A stretch of DNA of 64,000 bases from contig OZ116706.1 of assembly GCA_964199315.1 (NCBI GenBank), forward strand, positions 15,252,001-15,316,000, given 5' to 3'. Both the position numbers and the translations under genes were made by a program. The DNA is from Orbicella franksi (Eukaryota). The notes under the pieces were generated by a model. The model searched no databases. It saw only the letters and a list, made by a program, of their open reading frames with translations, and was not told where the DNA came from. Within the stretch, counting starts at the first letter, position 1; each line of letters begins with the position of its first letter. This document shows, in pieces, positions 46,610 to 60,400 of the stretch.

Positions 46610-49600
46610 AATGAGTCTTACAACAGTGAAAACAAATAACAGCCTCGATATGACGAGCAGATGGCAAAGGGCTTTGTCCTCAAGTTTTTCAAGTAAAGTG
46701 CTGTTATGAAGGCGTGCCCATGAGAATAAACCAAAATAAAAGTACGAAGAAAAAGTGGGAAGTGTGTAAAGTAGCGAAAGTGGCAAGCTTTCAGAACGTT
46801 TTAGTCCAAGAATACTACAAGCAACTAATAATAAGCAAATTTGTGTACGAGATACCGTTGGAAAATGCATCTGGGGATAAAAAGAAACATTTTTCAACAA
46901 GTGCAAGCAATTACAATGTCTGTTGGTACTTTAAAATTCACAGTGCATTGTTAGTTTAAGTCTCTCACCCCCACTCCCCCCTCCCCCTCCCAAGAGTGTC
47001 ATGTGGCACAAAATGCGATTACATGTTCAATATTTGATTAGTTTGTATCAAATTTGAACAGCGTAATGTCTTGGATAGATCTGTCTTTTGAAAGCATAAA
47101 ACCTTACCCTTACATTTAACAGTAACCCACACATCAAGAGCTGCAACTATAGGAGGACTGAGTAAGATAGTTTTAAACGTTTTTTGTTTTCTGGTCCTGA
47201 TTGCTTCTAAATTCAAACTGTGACCTCCCCTATGACTGTTAGTATGATTTAATTTATTATACAAACAATACTTTCAAGTGGTGTATTAGGTATGATCTTT
47301 GGGTCTGTAATTATCATTTAAAAATAGTGGTATTCCACCTGGGATTGTAAGGGTTAAGAACCATAAGATTTCAATCTCAGTGCTCTTTTACAACCTTTGT
47401 AAAGACGACAGGTTGTATTTCTCATAACTAACAGTAGTTGCCTGAAAGGAACTATAAATCGTTTGCGTTCGAGACCTTTCACAGTTTTTCGAACGTGAAA
47501 AAGGTACATGTACACTTTGACGCATTTCTTAGGTCAGTGAAGATAGATTGATTTAAATTCTGTATCGTATAATGTGATCTAAAAATGACGGAATGAAGCC
47601 TCTAAATGATTGAGTCTGGCCGAAAACAACAACTGGGCGGCTTGAGTGGATGATTGGAAAAAAGAATTTTCTGTCGAAACCGCGATGATTGTGTAATTTT
47701 ATAAAATATGTAAAATGACTTGCGTTTAGAGACAGATTATAGTACATGTCCGGAAAAGTTCACGCCTCTAATATTCAACGTTTCAACAACTACTTGGTGC
47801 TTCCGTTCAGGAAAAAAAGATGAAGGCCTTTTTAAAATAAAACCCTGTTTGTCATGTTCCTCAAGATTCCCTGAGTTGAACTACTCATTTTGGTGGTGGA
47901 AAAACGGAAAAGAGAGTAAGAAACAATGATAAAAAGTTTTAAATCTAGATCGGGCATGTCAAAATAACAAGATTAAAAGGGAGGTTTTTCAGTGTCGACT
48001 TGATATTCTCAATCTTTAAAAAGAAAACCGTGCCAGAAAAATGAGAAGTGACAGTACTACGAAACGATTTCAGAAGCTTGTGATTGAAGGCAAAAGAGCC
48101 TCTGTACAACTCTTTCCCTCCAGTTTCCGTAGGAAATCGATGTAACCAACTCAGAAACTTTGTTCTGCTTGTTTTGTTGATTATTATTGTTGCACAGACA
48201 GTGTCCTTGCATTGCTATCCAAAAAGCCCTAGTGCGCCAGGTGACACTTGTAATTTGGCAGAAGAGGCCGGGAATAGATATTAAATCCACTTACGTGTGT
48301 TGAGACAATTTTTGAGGTGATGGAGAGAATCTAGACAAGCGCATAGAAACTCCTACAACATTCGGGTCAAACTTCCATTGCAGAGAGTCAGTGCTTAGCC
48401 CTGGCATGCCTCACTGGAGAGACTAAAGTTCGTGTAAAAGCTACATCTATCACTCCGTTATTGCGTTTAATTACTTGGTATATAAACAGTACTTCTATAC
48501 TGTAGACACCTTGTTACAAAGAAAAGTTTTAAATTCACCTTGGCTGTGCCAGAGAGACAATAAATCATATTCTTGTATTCTCTCTTCATTTCGGCCACCG
48601 CAATCTTAACAAGCTGTATATCCATCAGTCCTAAGGCCTTAGGCTGTATCCGGCGGACGCCAAATTATTGTGGAAATTTTATTTCCTTGTCGTCAAACGG
48701 CAATGCCAGTTGTAATATACTATCATTTTTCTTGTGAATCATAGTAATATTTGGACTGATGGCCAAATGTTTGCTCCGTGACCTGAAGCGACTAATATTT
48801 CGGCGTGAAAGAATGCTCTGCTAAGTGCTTAGTAAATTCTATTCATTAATTTTGCCAAATTCGTCGTCGCTTTTCTTTTCAAATTTGTGTTGTTAGAAAA
48901 TGAATCGACTGCATCAAAATGCTTTTCATCGAACGGGGATAACTCGTTCTTATTAGTTTGTTTTTTTTTCAACAAAATCATTTCATCCTTACCTTTTCCG
49001 GTGTTTTTACGATAGTCATGATCGCTCAAAGTGGCCGTGAAGAAAAACTAAAAAACAGCGCCAACTGAATAAATAGACCAGTTTTAAAGCTGCTTTTTAC
49101 CAAAATCCTATCACTACGAGGGGACGTTCGAAGCTGTCTCCTGCTGGGGAGGGAGTTAAACCGTCTACAAGTTCTTTCGAACTTCTTCTGGCGCCTTCGT
49201 CATTTATTTGTACGTGAGAGTTTTTGTCCTCACCCACTCTGTAGATTCCACGCGCGGCTAAACGACCGTCAACTGGCGGCGCGATTTGCACATTTATAAA
49301 TACGAAATTAGACATATTAACTTACGTCTAACATAAGTAGCCACGTCCCTCCCATATGGCGTCTTCTTTTCAGACCCGTCTCCATACTTTCATCCACTGT
49401 TGCTTTCTCAACAGGAATCTTTTAAGAGTTTAGCAACTTGCGCCTTCTTTCTCGCTCAAAGCAAAGCTATAATAAACGATGCTATCAAGCGTTTTGATAT
49501 CCGACCATTACGCCTACCCTGCCACTTAGCATTAAAACCTGCGCGGTCACGAACAGTGTCACATGAAGGGCCGACATAACTCCATATATTAAGCTTTGTA

Positions 49601-51322
49601 GGAATAGAATGTTTGGTTTATTTTGGTTCGAGTGTCGTAGTTGAGATTGGTGGTGTTTTAATGACGCCAGTGGCTATTAACCCGTAGTGAAGTGTTTACA
49701 ATATTCATGTTCATAGAGAGGTGTATAATTAGCGAACACACCCGAGGCAGAAGAATATAGATACTTGTTCCGCTGGTTTGTAGCTTTTGTCTTACGGACT
49801 AGTGCTTCCTTTTGATAAGGAATATTAGAATAATCATAAGCTTTGCCAGAGGTGTCGGACGGCAGTTGTTTTTGTCGGCTAGGGTAGGCTTATGCAGATC
49901 AATTCGGTGAATTCTTGCATTATGATTGCTATGATTGAACTAATATCGAAAGATGAGATTTTCAATTTCAAAATAGAATCTTAACCCAGCCGCCTTTGCA
50001 CGATTCTGCCCCAGAGATCATTGAAGTTCGATTGAGCAATCAATTCAACAAGTGCACGTAATCTCCACTTCAGTGTCTCGATACTCGGTAGTCATATGAA
50101 CGTTAATTGAAATACTTTCCTTTGTGCGTGTGGTTTGTGATGGCCTGATTAAAATGTCAAGGTCTTCCGAAGGAAGTCAGGATATTTTTGTGGCTTTCCG
50201 CCCGATCGCACTCGGATGAGAACTGAAAGTTTGCACGGATCCTCGGTGATGTGGGTTCGGTGATCGTGAAAGATGGTGGCCGAACAGGAGGACTGATAAC
50301 GAAGATTAGGTGGCGGTGACATTACCCTGGTGCCAAGGTTCGCGCGGCCAAGAGAATGTGGGATTGCAGAAAACCACTGTGATACTTGATTGTGTCTCAC
50401 AAATAAGAACAGAACGTATTTGTTTCATACCTTTCGCCATTCCACACCTCATTCAGCGTCTCGAAGTTTTTGGAATACAAGAAAATGACGAGAGAAATGA
50501 TCCGGCCTGGAAAGCGCTGACAAGTTTACGAAAACAAAATTCGGCTATGCAGAAGTGCAGCAGCTCTCGTAAGCGTGTAATTTCTTTTGCTTGTGAGCAG
50601 GGGCATTGTTTCTGCTTTGTTCTATTGTTCTCTCAAAGGGTTTCAAGCCATTCATGTGAGACCTTACGAGCTGCTCTCCGACACAATCTTTGAGCCGAGG
50701 TGGACAGAAGTAAAAGTTCAGCTCTACGCAATTCACCATAGAAAATAACTTGTAGCGCGAGCGCTTTATAAAGGATGTATTTATCTGCCCTCTATGTTAT
50801 ACAATCTCGGTATTGTACACCAACATAGCGGCCATTACTGTGATTAAAGGTGCTCGACATAAAGTCGGTAGAGTTTTGGCATCAATATGAGCGTTTTGGT
50901 TGTCATGATGCAGACGTGCTCATGCCTTTTCCAGGGGGTGGTGGGTGAGGTTAGGCTGTACAATGTGTATCCTAAGAGGGTAGGGGCGAATAAGCGAGTA
51001 GACAAGTTCCTCATATCACTCAGTGACAGCCTAAATAAGCTATGTGAAAAATAACGATAAATAATTGGATTACTTGATCAATTAACATCACTCGTACTCA
51101 CAGACAGAATTTCCACGTAACTCATCGGCTTTGTGATAAACGGAGTTCTTCTGAACGAGCTGGCTGCAAAGATAAGAATAAGTGATTAGTGAAGTGTGGC
51201 CATCTGGTCGTACAGAGAAGTAACTGATATGGCATGGTCTGGAAACACATCGATCGTGTCTGGTATTCGGACCGAGGAAAGTAAGACATGAAAGCCTTTT
51301 AAACGGTGTGGCATCTTGCATC

Positions 51323-51490
51323 TTGGCCAAAATAACTCAAAATACCGTGACTGAACTCCTTTAAGCCCGACTGGCCCATAGCTCTCGATACGGGACCCTA
51401 GTTTCTTTACTATGAAGCGGCTAGGAGTATTTCTATTCCCCTGGATGGAATGCTACGTCCATCGCAAGCTGATCCTCAGCATTCCACCGG
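51323..51490. mobile_element. Composite: right end of the 'ttaaaggagct' MITE (51323-51364) abutting a SINE 3' fragment (51365-51490, minus strand)
   Basis: ggccaaaataactcaaaataccgtgactgaactcctttaa matches 44672-44711; tatgaagcggctaggagtatttctattcccctggatgg matches the SINE copy 2 body. Confidence 0.7.
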
Positions 51491-52791
51491 GTTCTCCGGC
51501 CCAACAATTCGCGAAATAAAATATCGACTAAACAACATGTGGCGAAAAATGCCAAAAGAGAAGCCAACGATGCATTCGTCTTGTTAGTTAACGTACAGTT
51601 ATCATTGAAATCAAGCTGATTAAAAAATCTGGAAACGTGGCTGGTTGCGACTGCTTTAATTGGATGGAATGTCGATATAAAAGAGGCCTCAGATTCTAGG
51701 ACACTTCTGACGAGCCAAGCCAACCACCACGAGTGCTCATTATTTTGAGGTCTAACTGCCAAATAAACGCTACAAGAGAAAATGTGGTTTATTTTGCCGC
51801 TATGATATGAATTGTATTGTAGCAAACAGAAGGAGAACAACTGTATGTGAGCGAAATTAATTAATGTGTAAAGACAAAAACAAACACATCAAGGTTAACT
51901 ACCAATGAACGAGTATAGTCTTTGTGAGGATCACCGTTTTAATGCAGTAGTTATATATTCCGTGAACAATTTTTTTTAATCATCAGTTTTGATCTAAGTC
52001 AACCTAGTGCACTTCTCAAACGCTAAACACTTCTAATTCGATTTAACGCATGCCAAGTATTAGCTTTATAATTCTTCCCATTTTCCAAAAAGAAAGAAAA
52101 CAACACATAGCATTGCAGATATCGATGTCGTTGTCTTAACAAACAGCAGAAAAGAAAAATTACAACAGCAACTGACGATGAAGGAGATTCTGACCATGAC
52201 TGGGACAGGACTCCTTGGCTGACAATATTCAATGGAGAGAGAGAATCGAATAAGGGTTACTACTAATATAGCACAGAATTTTGCAAGTATTTCTCCGTCA
52301 TATATGGCCAGTAAAATTTCATTAAAGCTGTCGACCTTAACGTTCTCTGTTTAAAGTAAGAAAAACAGCATAACGTTTCCAGGCGTTTGTGAAACTGCAC
52401 TTGATGATTATGCAATACCTTTCAGTGCAAAACTATAACTTTGTTTAGTGAGGAGGTTTGTTTTAATATTTCAAATCAACAGAAATTTCCTTTGAAGTTT
52501 AACCAGCCATTATTTTGTCTTCAGTAATGTTACTTCTATAAAACGCATCTCAACTGACTAATTGAGACAACTTACAGTTTGTTTTTAAAGCAACTGCAGC
52601 TTTTTTCCAGGGTTGCTTTGTCACTGTAGCCTCATTTTCAACTAACGCCGAACACAGATATGCGACCATGTTTGTGAAAGTCCACGGAAAAAACTGTTTT
52701 GTTTCCTGTTTGTGGCGTAATAAAACAAGGGAGTCGGCATCTGCACATCTGCATTGCTGAAAACGCTTCACCTACAAAGGTCGTGCAAAGC

Positions 52792-52940
52792 TATGTTACT
52801 CGTATGTTACTCGTATGTTACTTGTATGTATTCGTATGTCACTCGTATGTTACTCATTTGTACTCGAATGTTACTCGTATGTACTCGTATGTATTCGTAT
52901 GTACTCGTATGTATCCGTATGTTACTCGTATGTACTCGTG
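52792..52940. repeat. Tandem repeat, about 14 units of GTATGT(T)ACTC (10-11 bp)
   Basis: Read directly; explains the three low-complexity ORFs here. Confidence 0.95.
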
Positions 52941-55900
52941 TGGTGTTTTAGTCAAGATCCTTTAGCCGACCTGCCACAATGTGAAATTAATTGGATTTAT
53001 TTCCGGTATTCAGTTTACGCTAATGAATGAGTTTTCCATCAGGCGTTTAGGTTTTCATCGACCGTGCCTCGTGGAAGACTGTAGATGCCATCCCGTTGTC
53101 TCCAATACCTGGAGAGATTTTGTTAACACGTAGTAGCAAGGTAAAGCAGGGAGCGTATGTGTAATTATACTTATCAACGACGTACTTCAGATAGAATTTA
53201 TAGGATCAGAATGATTTAAAATACCCGAAAAGGAATTGATACGAGCGCAATGTGCAGTTTCGTGCTGACAAGACAATTATTCGTACGGAAATCGTAAGTT
53301 ATCAGAATTATAACCTAACTGGAGTTCGCAGGAGGGAAATAAGTCGATTGTATCATGTTGTAAAGTAAATAATCTATTGTCTCAACTTGAACGAATCATT
53401 TTCAAGCTGCAGTAATATAAACCTGTTGTTGCGTGCATTTTATAGTAGGTAAAGTGGGTCGAGTTGTGTAGTGTCGGACCGCGATGACGTCAGTGCGGGC
53501 AGAACATTGACATATCATGAATTCAACCCTCCATTGATGTGGTGAACCTTTTCTCAGTGCATTTTTGAATAAACTCGGTACCTCGTGAAGAATTTGAAGA
53601 CTGTTGTGACAGTTTGCAATTTTCCATTCCTTAAGCGGAATTTATAATGTAATCAAAGTGAAAAAGTATACCACTTGAAAATCCGTCAGCCGTCATCATC
53701 AACCGTCATCTCTATTTGGGTCAATGTGGCCCAATGTTACAACATGAGGCAGAATGTTACCGCTTATGTCGATAAAAGAACGCTTCACTCTACAGATATT
53801 AACTGTCAAATCAGGGGAAACCTTTGCTAATAAAGACGTGCAAACGTCAATGCTTTCCGATTGACCTTTGTTTAATTCATTGGCCAAACAGTCATTGATT
53901 GCTAGCTCATGTCTCACTTCGTGCTCGGCCGATGGTTCGGAAAGGAGGCATAGTTTCTGCTCATTACAACCCGCACAGTTAATCCTCTTACGTCGACTCT
54001 TCGCAATTGCTTGCACTAAATTGCCGCAGTACAGTTGAGCGGTGATCTGATGATTGCTAAGCTGAAAGAAAGAATCGGGCAGAAATAATTGTCCCGAAGG
54101 ATCGAATGTAATCTATGCAATGTGAACATAAATACGATGTTTACATCTCCCGACAAAGAATTCATCCATTGATAATAAGCTGAAGGATAGATCTTGTTAA
54201 TCGCTTTTCTCATTCGATTACATGTTGTTAGTAATGCTTCTTACCTCGAAAGGAAGCCTAAGTCAGTGTGTCTTTCCCCAGGAGGAGATGGTAACACAGA
54301 GAGAATGTGAATTTACACACGCATTCGGTCCGCAAGACGGTGAATTCATTATGACAAGTGACGAGCGAATTTCCGTGCTTGGTTTCCTCTTGGTTGCATG
54401 TTTCTCAGGTCTCGGGTTAAAAAGCAAGGTTACAAGATCCAAGAAAGGCAGTTTAAAATCCCGGATATGAATTAATATTGCACGACATCTTTTGGCAGGC
54501 CCTATGCTCAGCAGCTGAACGAGCAATAATAAGGTCTGCAGATCAGAATACTTATCTATTTCCAGGGCCGAGGTGGATTTCAGCCGTGTGATTGGTCAGT
54601 GCTTTTGTTTGAAGGTATTTAAGATGCGTAGTTTAACAGATCTAACAGACAGGAAACATTAACAGTCTTAACACTTGACATATTTCTATCGATCGGGTGG
54701 CATTATTTTTGTAAAGGATAAACGGAATGTTGTTTATTACATGGAGTAATTAAAAAGTTATGTTCGACCGCGGACGAAGTCGTTTAACAATAAAAGAGAA
54801 ATTATTACGGGCTTTAGGTGTTTTGTCCTTCAATCCTTCTTTTGTTTTATTGTAAATTAATGCGTTTAGTCATTCGTGCTGAGTTGTAGATTGTTCGTGC
54901 CAAATTACCAGAATATTACTCTAATGGCTTTACGAGCTTAGTTTCATGTGGCTTTTATTGTTTCGTGAGAGTAAAGTCCCTGCTTGATTTCTTCAATTTA
55001 TTTTTCACTTGAAAGATATTGATCAACTCAAATCCACTTACAAGAATTCGGCATCTTATCTTAGTTTAATTCTAATTCAATTTCGCCAGGTCAGATAGTG
55101 AAATTGGCTGCCGTAAAAGTGAACGATGAAAACACGAGTATCTCAGCCTTCCCATTAGAAAATGCCTTGTGGCTGAATTAATGTGTCTTAAATTAAAGAA
55201 GATTGTGTACTTAATGCTAAGGATACTCGAAACACTGAAAATATGGCATTTACATGATATCAGTAGCATTCAAGTTGTCCTCGTACTGCAAAATTTGTTT
55301 ATCTTACAGTGTAGGCCAAAACTCTCAGATTTTCGAGAGGAAAAAAAAAACGAGCGAAAATTAAAGAACAGAGAAGGCTAGCGCTTTTAGAAATAAGAAA
55401 GCGGATGAAAGCCTCTCTAAAGGGTTTAAACAGTTCTTCTACTGGCTTAAATGCATAAATGTTTGAACATCAATGATTGGAATACGACGATGGTCAGTCC
55501 AGTACTAAAAGCTATTTCAAAGCAGTTTTCTCATTGATAGGGTCGCCACAGGTAATTCTTCAAGGTCACAGAAAAGTCAGGGAATCTTAATTTGCGTCAG
55601 GCAAAACTGACATTTTGAAGAAAAGTCACGGAAAATAAAAATTAAAACACTCCGGTTATTGAAGGCTTGAAGAAACAGTTCGGGTTATTGCGATGATGAT
55701 CTCAAAGAAGTTTTAATGAAGAAGATGAATTTGTTGAAAATGAATTTAAGGGGGCCGAGAGGCTACTACATGTACTATATGTGACATCTCGTATTCATTT
55801 GGTCAGGGAAATTTTAATTTTTATGGGGGAAAAGTTAGAGAATTTTGAAAAAAAAAAGTGATCAATGTGGTAACCATTTCATAAGGATAAGTACTAACTG

Positions 55901-56130
55901 TCTCGCCGCGAGTTGCGCCGTGAAAACAAGTCGTGCGCTCGCAAGAAAGAGAGACGACAGTGAATGACTTTCATTCCGGCTAGTTTTATGAAATTTTTCA
56001 TACGTTATCTAGTAGGACTGAAGCGAAGTGTAAAATGCTGTGGAGCCTTTCTTTGGCTGTTTGGGAGCTAGTGTGCCGTAAAACACGAGTCGGTACTCCT
56101 GCGTAAAGGATGTGTTAGTGATAGTAAGAT

Positions 56131-56469
56131 CCTGGCCACACACTATGGCTTCCGGCTACGCAGAGTTTCGATGGTCTCTGCTGGCGCCGGCTGCACGCAA
56201 ACCGTACAGAAAGGGACACTTCCCATTATGGGTCATTTTGGCACCTGGCCTCACACGAGTCCACGATAATGGTCTCGGCTACACAGAGTTCGATGCTATC
56301 TCCAGTTGTACACAAACCTTACAGAAACGGACAATTCCCATTATGCATACATGGTACCTAGTCTCACACGAGTGCGCACTGATGGTCACGGCCACACACA
56401 GTTCGATGATCTCTGCCGGCTGCTCGCAAACCTTACAGAAAGGGGACACCTCCCATTATGGTACCTGTC
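56131..56469. repeat. Diverged tandem triplication, period about 113-115 bp
   Basis: cccattatg ends at 56230, 56345 and 56460; unit starts at 56131, 56244 and 56357. Confidence 0.9.
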
Positions 56470-57364
56470 TGACAAGAGTGTACGCTACATTTGTGATCTC
56501 CGGTAAGAAGAGAGTAGCTTCCTGAACTAACTCCAAAAAGAAGACTTCATTTGAAACGACACGCGTCAGATCCATAAACGATCAAAAGAGACTTGATATT
56601 TCATTCACCCTTTTGGCGTAGGAGTTCCACCGCATCTGAAGCCCTGCGTCACGTTAATGCGGATGCACGATTTTGATTTACACTGGGAATCCTCTTGGGA
56701 AGGTCAACTGGAAGAGTTTTAGCCAATAGAAATCCCACAATTCAGTACGACACACCAGCCGGGGTTAATTTGAGGTTTTCTCGTGCGGATTTTTAACGTC
56801 ATAGAATATAATTTTGTTTCTCGAAACCTCACTGTCCCGCCTTTGACCCGAGTCGATTCCTGTACCGCTCCAGGACATCAACTTGCTATACGATCTTTAA
56901 ACCAAATTAAAAAAATATAAAATATGCCCTGCTCCACAAAAGACAAATGATTTCTCTATTAGCGTTCCTATAATTTTCATAGTTTTGACAAGAAGGACTG
57001 AAAAGGATTTTGCTCACCGAAGTCAAATTTCAACTGGATAGAATGGAATGCATTAAACAGTACAGCACCGCGGTTTTAGTACGCTAACAGGATTACTTTC
57101 AGGTTATTCCACCTTGGACAAATCACCCAACACTGGAGGTCTTGTGTAAGAATATGACGGGCTTATTAACAAGATATCTTCTAATTGAGTTTGGTCGACC
57201 TTTGAATTAAAGAAGGTCCCATCTGATTGTGTTTTCCTTGAAAATAAATGTACAATCTGCACCAGTTCAACAAGTTCAGTGTTTTGACCTGCCTGCGAAC
57301 TTACAAATAAGCACTGGTGATGTCATGTAGCAGAAACGAAAACATTATTATGGAACATGCTCCA

Positions 57365-57430
57365 TTTATCTACGTGAAGCATGGTCTTTTGGACACCGTT
57401 CAGACGGTCTACCACTGAGCTACAGAGCAC
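57365..57430 (-). mobile_element. Degenerate tRNA-like SINE head
   Basis: A box TAGCTCAGTGG (57422-57412); B box decayed; no cloverleaf. Confidence 0.35.
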
Positions 57431-60400
57431 TCTCGGGAGCTCTTATTGCGGTGACAAGAGGCAAGCCCATGGGTTCCATTTCTGTTGAGAGAATTCGCAA
57501 TTGTTTCGAATTGTTTATCCCAGTTGCTATAGCTTCTGCCACCAGCAGAATAGATTTTCCAATATGTTGCTATAAAGCTCTTCTGATCATTTTGTGTTAT
57601 CTGCAGCCTCACTTATAACACTCTCATCTTTATCCTCAAAATGCGTACACCGATACATAACCAGTTCCTATTTTTGGCCCGTTCCGGCTGCGATAAAGCA
57701 TCTTGGAATATTGTTTAGCCGAATGCGTTGAATTACGTACGTCGTAACTATCTTTCAGCATTGCATATTGTAAATTGCATAGGTGATACATAGTGACTAA
57801 GTCTCTAACTACGTTTAACGTGCCTCTAGAATTTTACCTCGGCTTTTGCCGAAATGACTGAGCTAAGTTTGTGTTGTCCGGCGACGAATATCGTACTAAT
57901 AAAACAAAGGTTGCAGATTTCCCGCGCTGAGAGACAAATCGTGGCCTTGTCAAAAACCAACTGGTATTTTTAACAATCACATCTCGTGCAGCCCTCAGTC
58001 AACTAGTATCAGAAGTTCTGGAAATTATTTCTTACACCGTAAGATCACATAGGCGTTTCTGTTCAGAGTTGCGCTGATGTGAAATTCAATGAGAAACGGA
58101 AATCGTTCATCAGCTTGTTGATCGATGGTAGCCGGTTTTCGCTAAAAATCTCACTGAAGTCCGGCTGTGGTCCAATAAGGAATGAGTAGTTTAAGGAGTC
58201 ATTAACAGATCGCACAGATAACGTATATATTGTTACTATTTTCTGACTCCAAAGACAGAAATAAACTATTTTGTTATAAATACCTCGTACTCGGTCCGGC
58301 TTATCAAGACGCATCGAAGGTGGTGATAACAATAGCTTGACTAGCTCTTAAGATGGCTCCAGCTCCTGTAGGGTCCATTAAAAACTGCGGCTGGATAATA
58401 CAACCACAATTTTTAGACCATTCCTGAGCGTTTTTTTTTTTAGCTCTCCACAAAGAAGGAAACGGGAAGACCAAACGCAGCATGCGAATATACTTTTTGT
58501 TTGTTAATCCTCGAGGTATTTGTGAGGAGAAAATATCCGCGTAATTAGCATACCGGCGCAAGAAATAGTCGCAAAGGACGTCAAATCCGAGAAGACGGCT
58601 AAACCCAATTCAAACTGACCATAATCTTTTCGTGTAAACAACTTGTCACGGAAAGATTCAAGGTCAAAATCAATTCATCAAGGAGTCAAAAATAAAATAT
58701 TGAGTGCAAAAAAAGAGGTGATAAAACGATAACTGATTTGACGCTGATTAAGAAAAAAACGGGAACGGGCATTGAAAATGGACATTCGATTTTTCATTCC
58801 ATAATGTTTCCACTGAATAACATGTCGGAAATAGAGTGGTAATCCGTTAAATGTATTGAACATTCAGAATATTTGAACCAGTCGAGTATCACGTTCTGTA
58901 CAAATAATTACAAACCAACAGGTTTTGTCCAAAGTGAAATGGAAACTTATCTCTTTAACTGCCGAAAAACAGCAGGAAAAGAAGCTTACATAACAGAAAA
59001 TAGCACCAGTTAAAGGATTTAGTTACTAACTAAAGTAACTTCTACTGAATATAACTTCGTCATTGTCAATCTATATTTTGGTGTGATATTGTAATTACCA
59101 GAAGACGGGGTTAACAGAAATAATAGGTCAGCAACGTTTGTGAAATTGACAAACTTTTTTTGTTACGATAGAATTTATTCGCAAAAGTCGTCACGTACTG
59201 TAAAGTGTAGCGAACAAATCCTTGGGCTTAGCTTTGCAAAAAGGGCTTCTTCTCTGGGTTTTTCATGTCAGGAAAGGGGATTACAGTTGGTCGGTCGTCT
59301 TTATAAAAGCTTTAGGCTTATAATATTAATATCATGCAGTATGATGCCGACCTGATTTAGCTATCAAACATTTCGAAACATGACATAAACCACAAAAAAA
59401 AAAAACTTCGACACAGTCGTTGCAATTGAATGAAGATGACAAAACTCTCGGGTATGTACGTAACACAGGTTCTACAGTCGGTGACTGATGAAAATGATAA
59501 AAACGGGACATAATAGATGCAACGATGATGAAACACAAATTAGCAAACTCCAAAGGTGAATCATTCTTTAAAGCTAAACATAACCCTAACCCCATTTGTG
59601 GGGTCAGCCGGGAAGCATTACCCGAGGGGCTCAGTTTATGCCTAATAAAAAAAGATGTAATTTTTTTGGAATTATTTCAGTTCGACGAGGAAAGCTTCAT
59701 CGTGTTCATATTTCGCACGATTACAGATCTCTGGTCCATAGTCAACAACCGTCACGTTTTTATTATCTTTTCTTTTTGCAACAGGAGTCTGTTTTTGCCG
59801 ACTTGAAGAAAACAATTTGACAGCAATAATACGTGAGTACTTGTGTCTGTTTCTATTCTAAAAGGAGCCCACGAGTGTTTTTGTGGCTAAGCGTTTAATA
59901 CTGACTGGTAAAAACAAAAATGTACGCCGCAAAATCTCTCATGAATGCCGCCGAAAGCTCGCGATTATAAAAGCTTTCGCGATAAGCTGTTTCGATTTGT
60001 ACAGCAGTCTTTTGTAGAGCATTTGAACTCACTGAGTGGTACAGTGTACAAAAGGCCGACCTTTTGTAGACTGCATGAATAGAGGGAACAGTAAGTTATC
60101 CAACTTTTTGTAGAACTGATTAGCTACAGTATAAACCAAGCGACAAACTGACAGAATTACCCCAAAAAAGTGAGATCGACTTTCTTAGTTTACCCCAATC
60201 ATTTTGAAACTCTTCTCTCCTATACAACCCAGTAACTTGCCACCTTAAGTGTTTTGATAGTATTGAGACTTGCCTTTACTTGATTTCCAGAAGCCCAATC
60301 TTCTTTTCTTCGGTTTTGGCGGCAAAGTGTAAGATCCCGTTGAACCCAAGCGATGGAGTTTGTGCGTGAAATGAAACACACACCATACTGAACACATGTT

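Noticed and set aside
48084-48284. ORF resembling a type II membrane protein N-terminus
   Set aside because: TTG start directly after an in-frame stop; no downstream plus-strand exons found
52699-53030. Three overlapping Tyr/Val/Met-rich ORFs
   Set aside because: Artefacts of the 10-11 bp tandem repeat
53699-54526. Cluster of 65-105 aa ORFs and a possible plus-strand exon at about 54281-54338
   Set aside because: No domain recognised and no partner exons; composition looks regulatory. A BLASTx hit would reopen it
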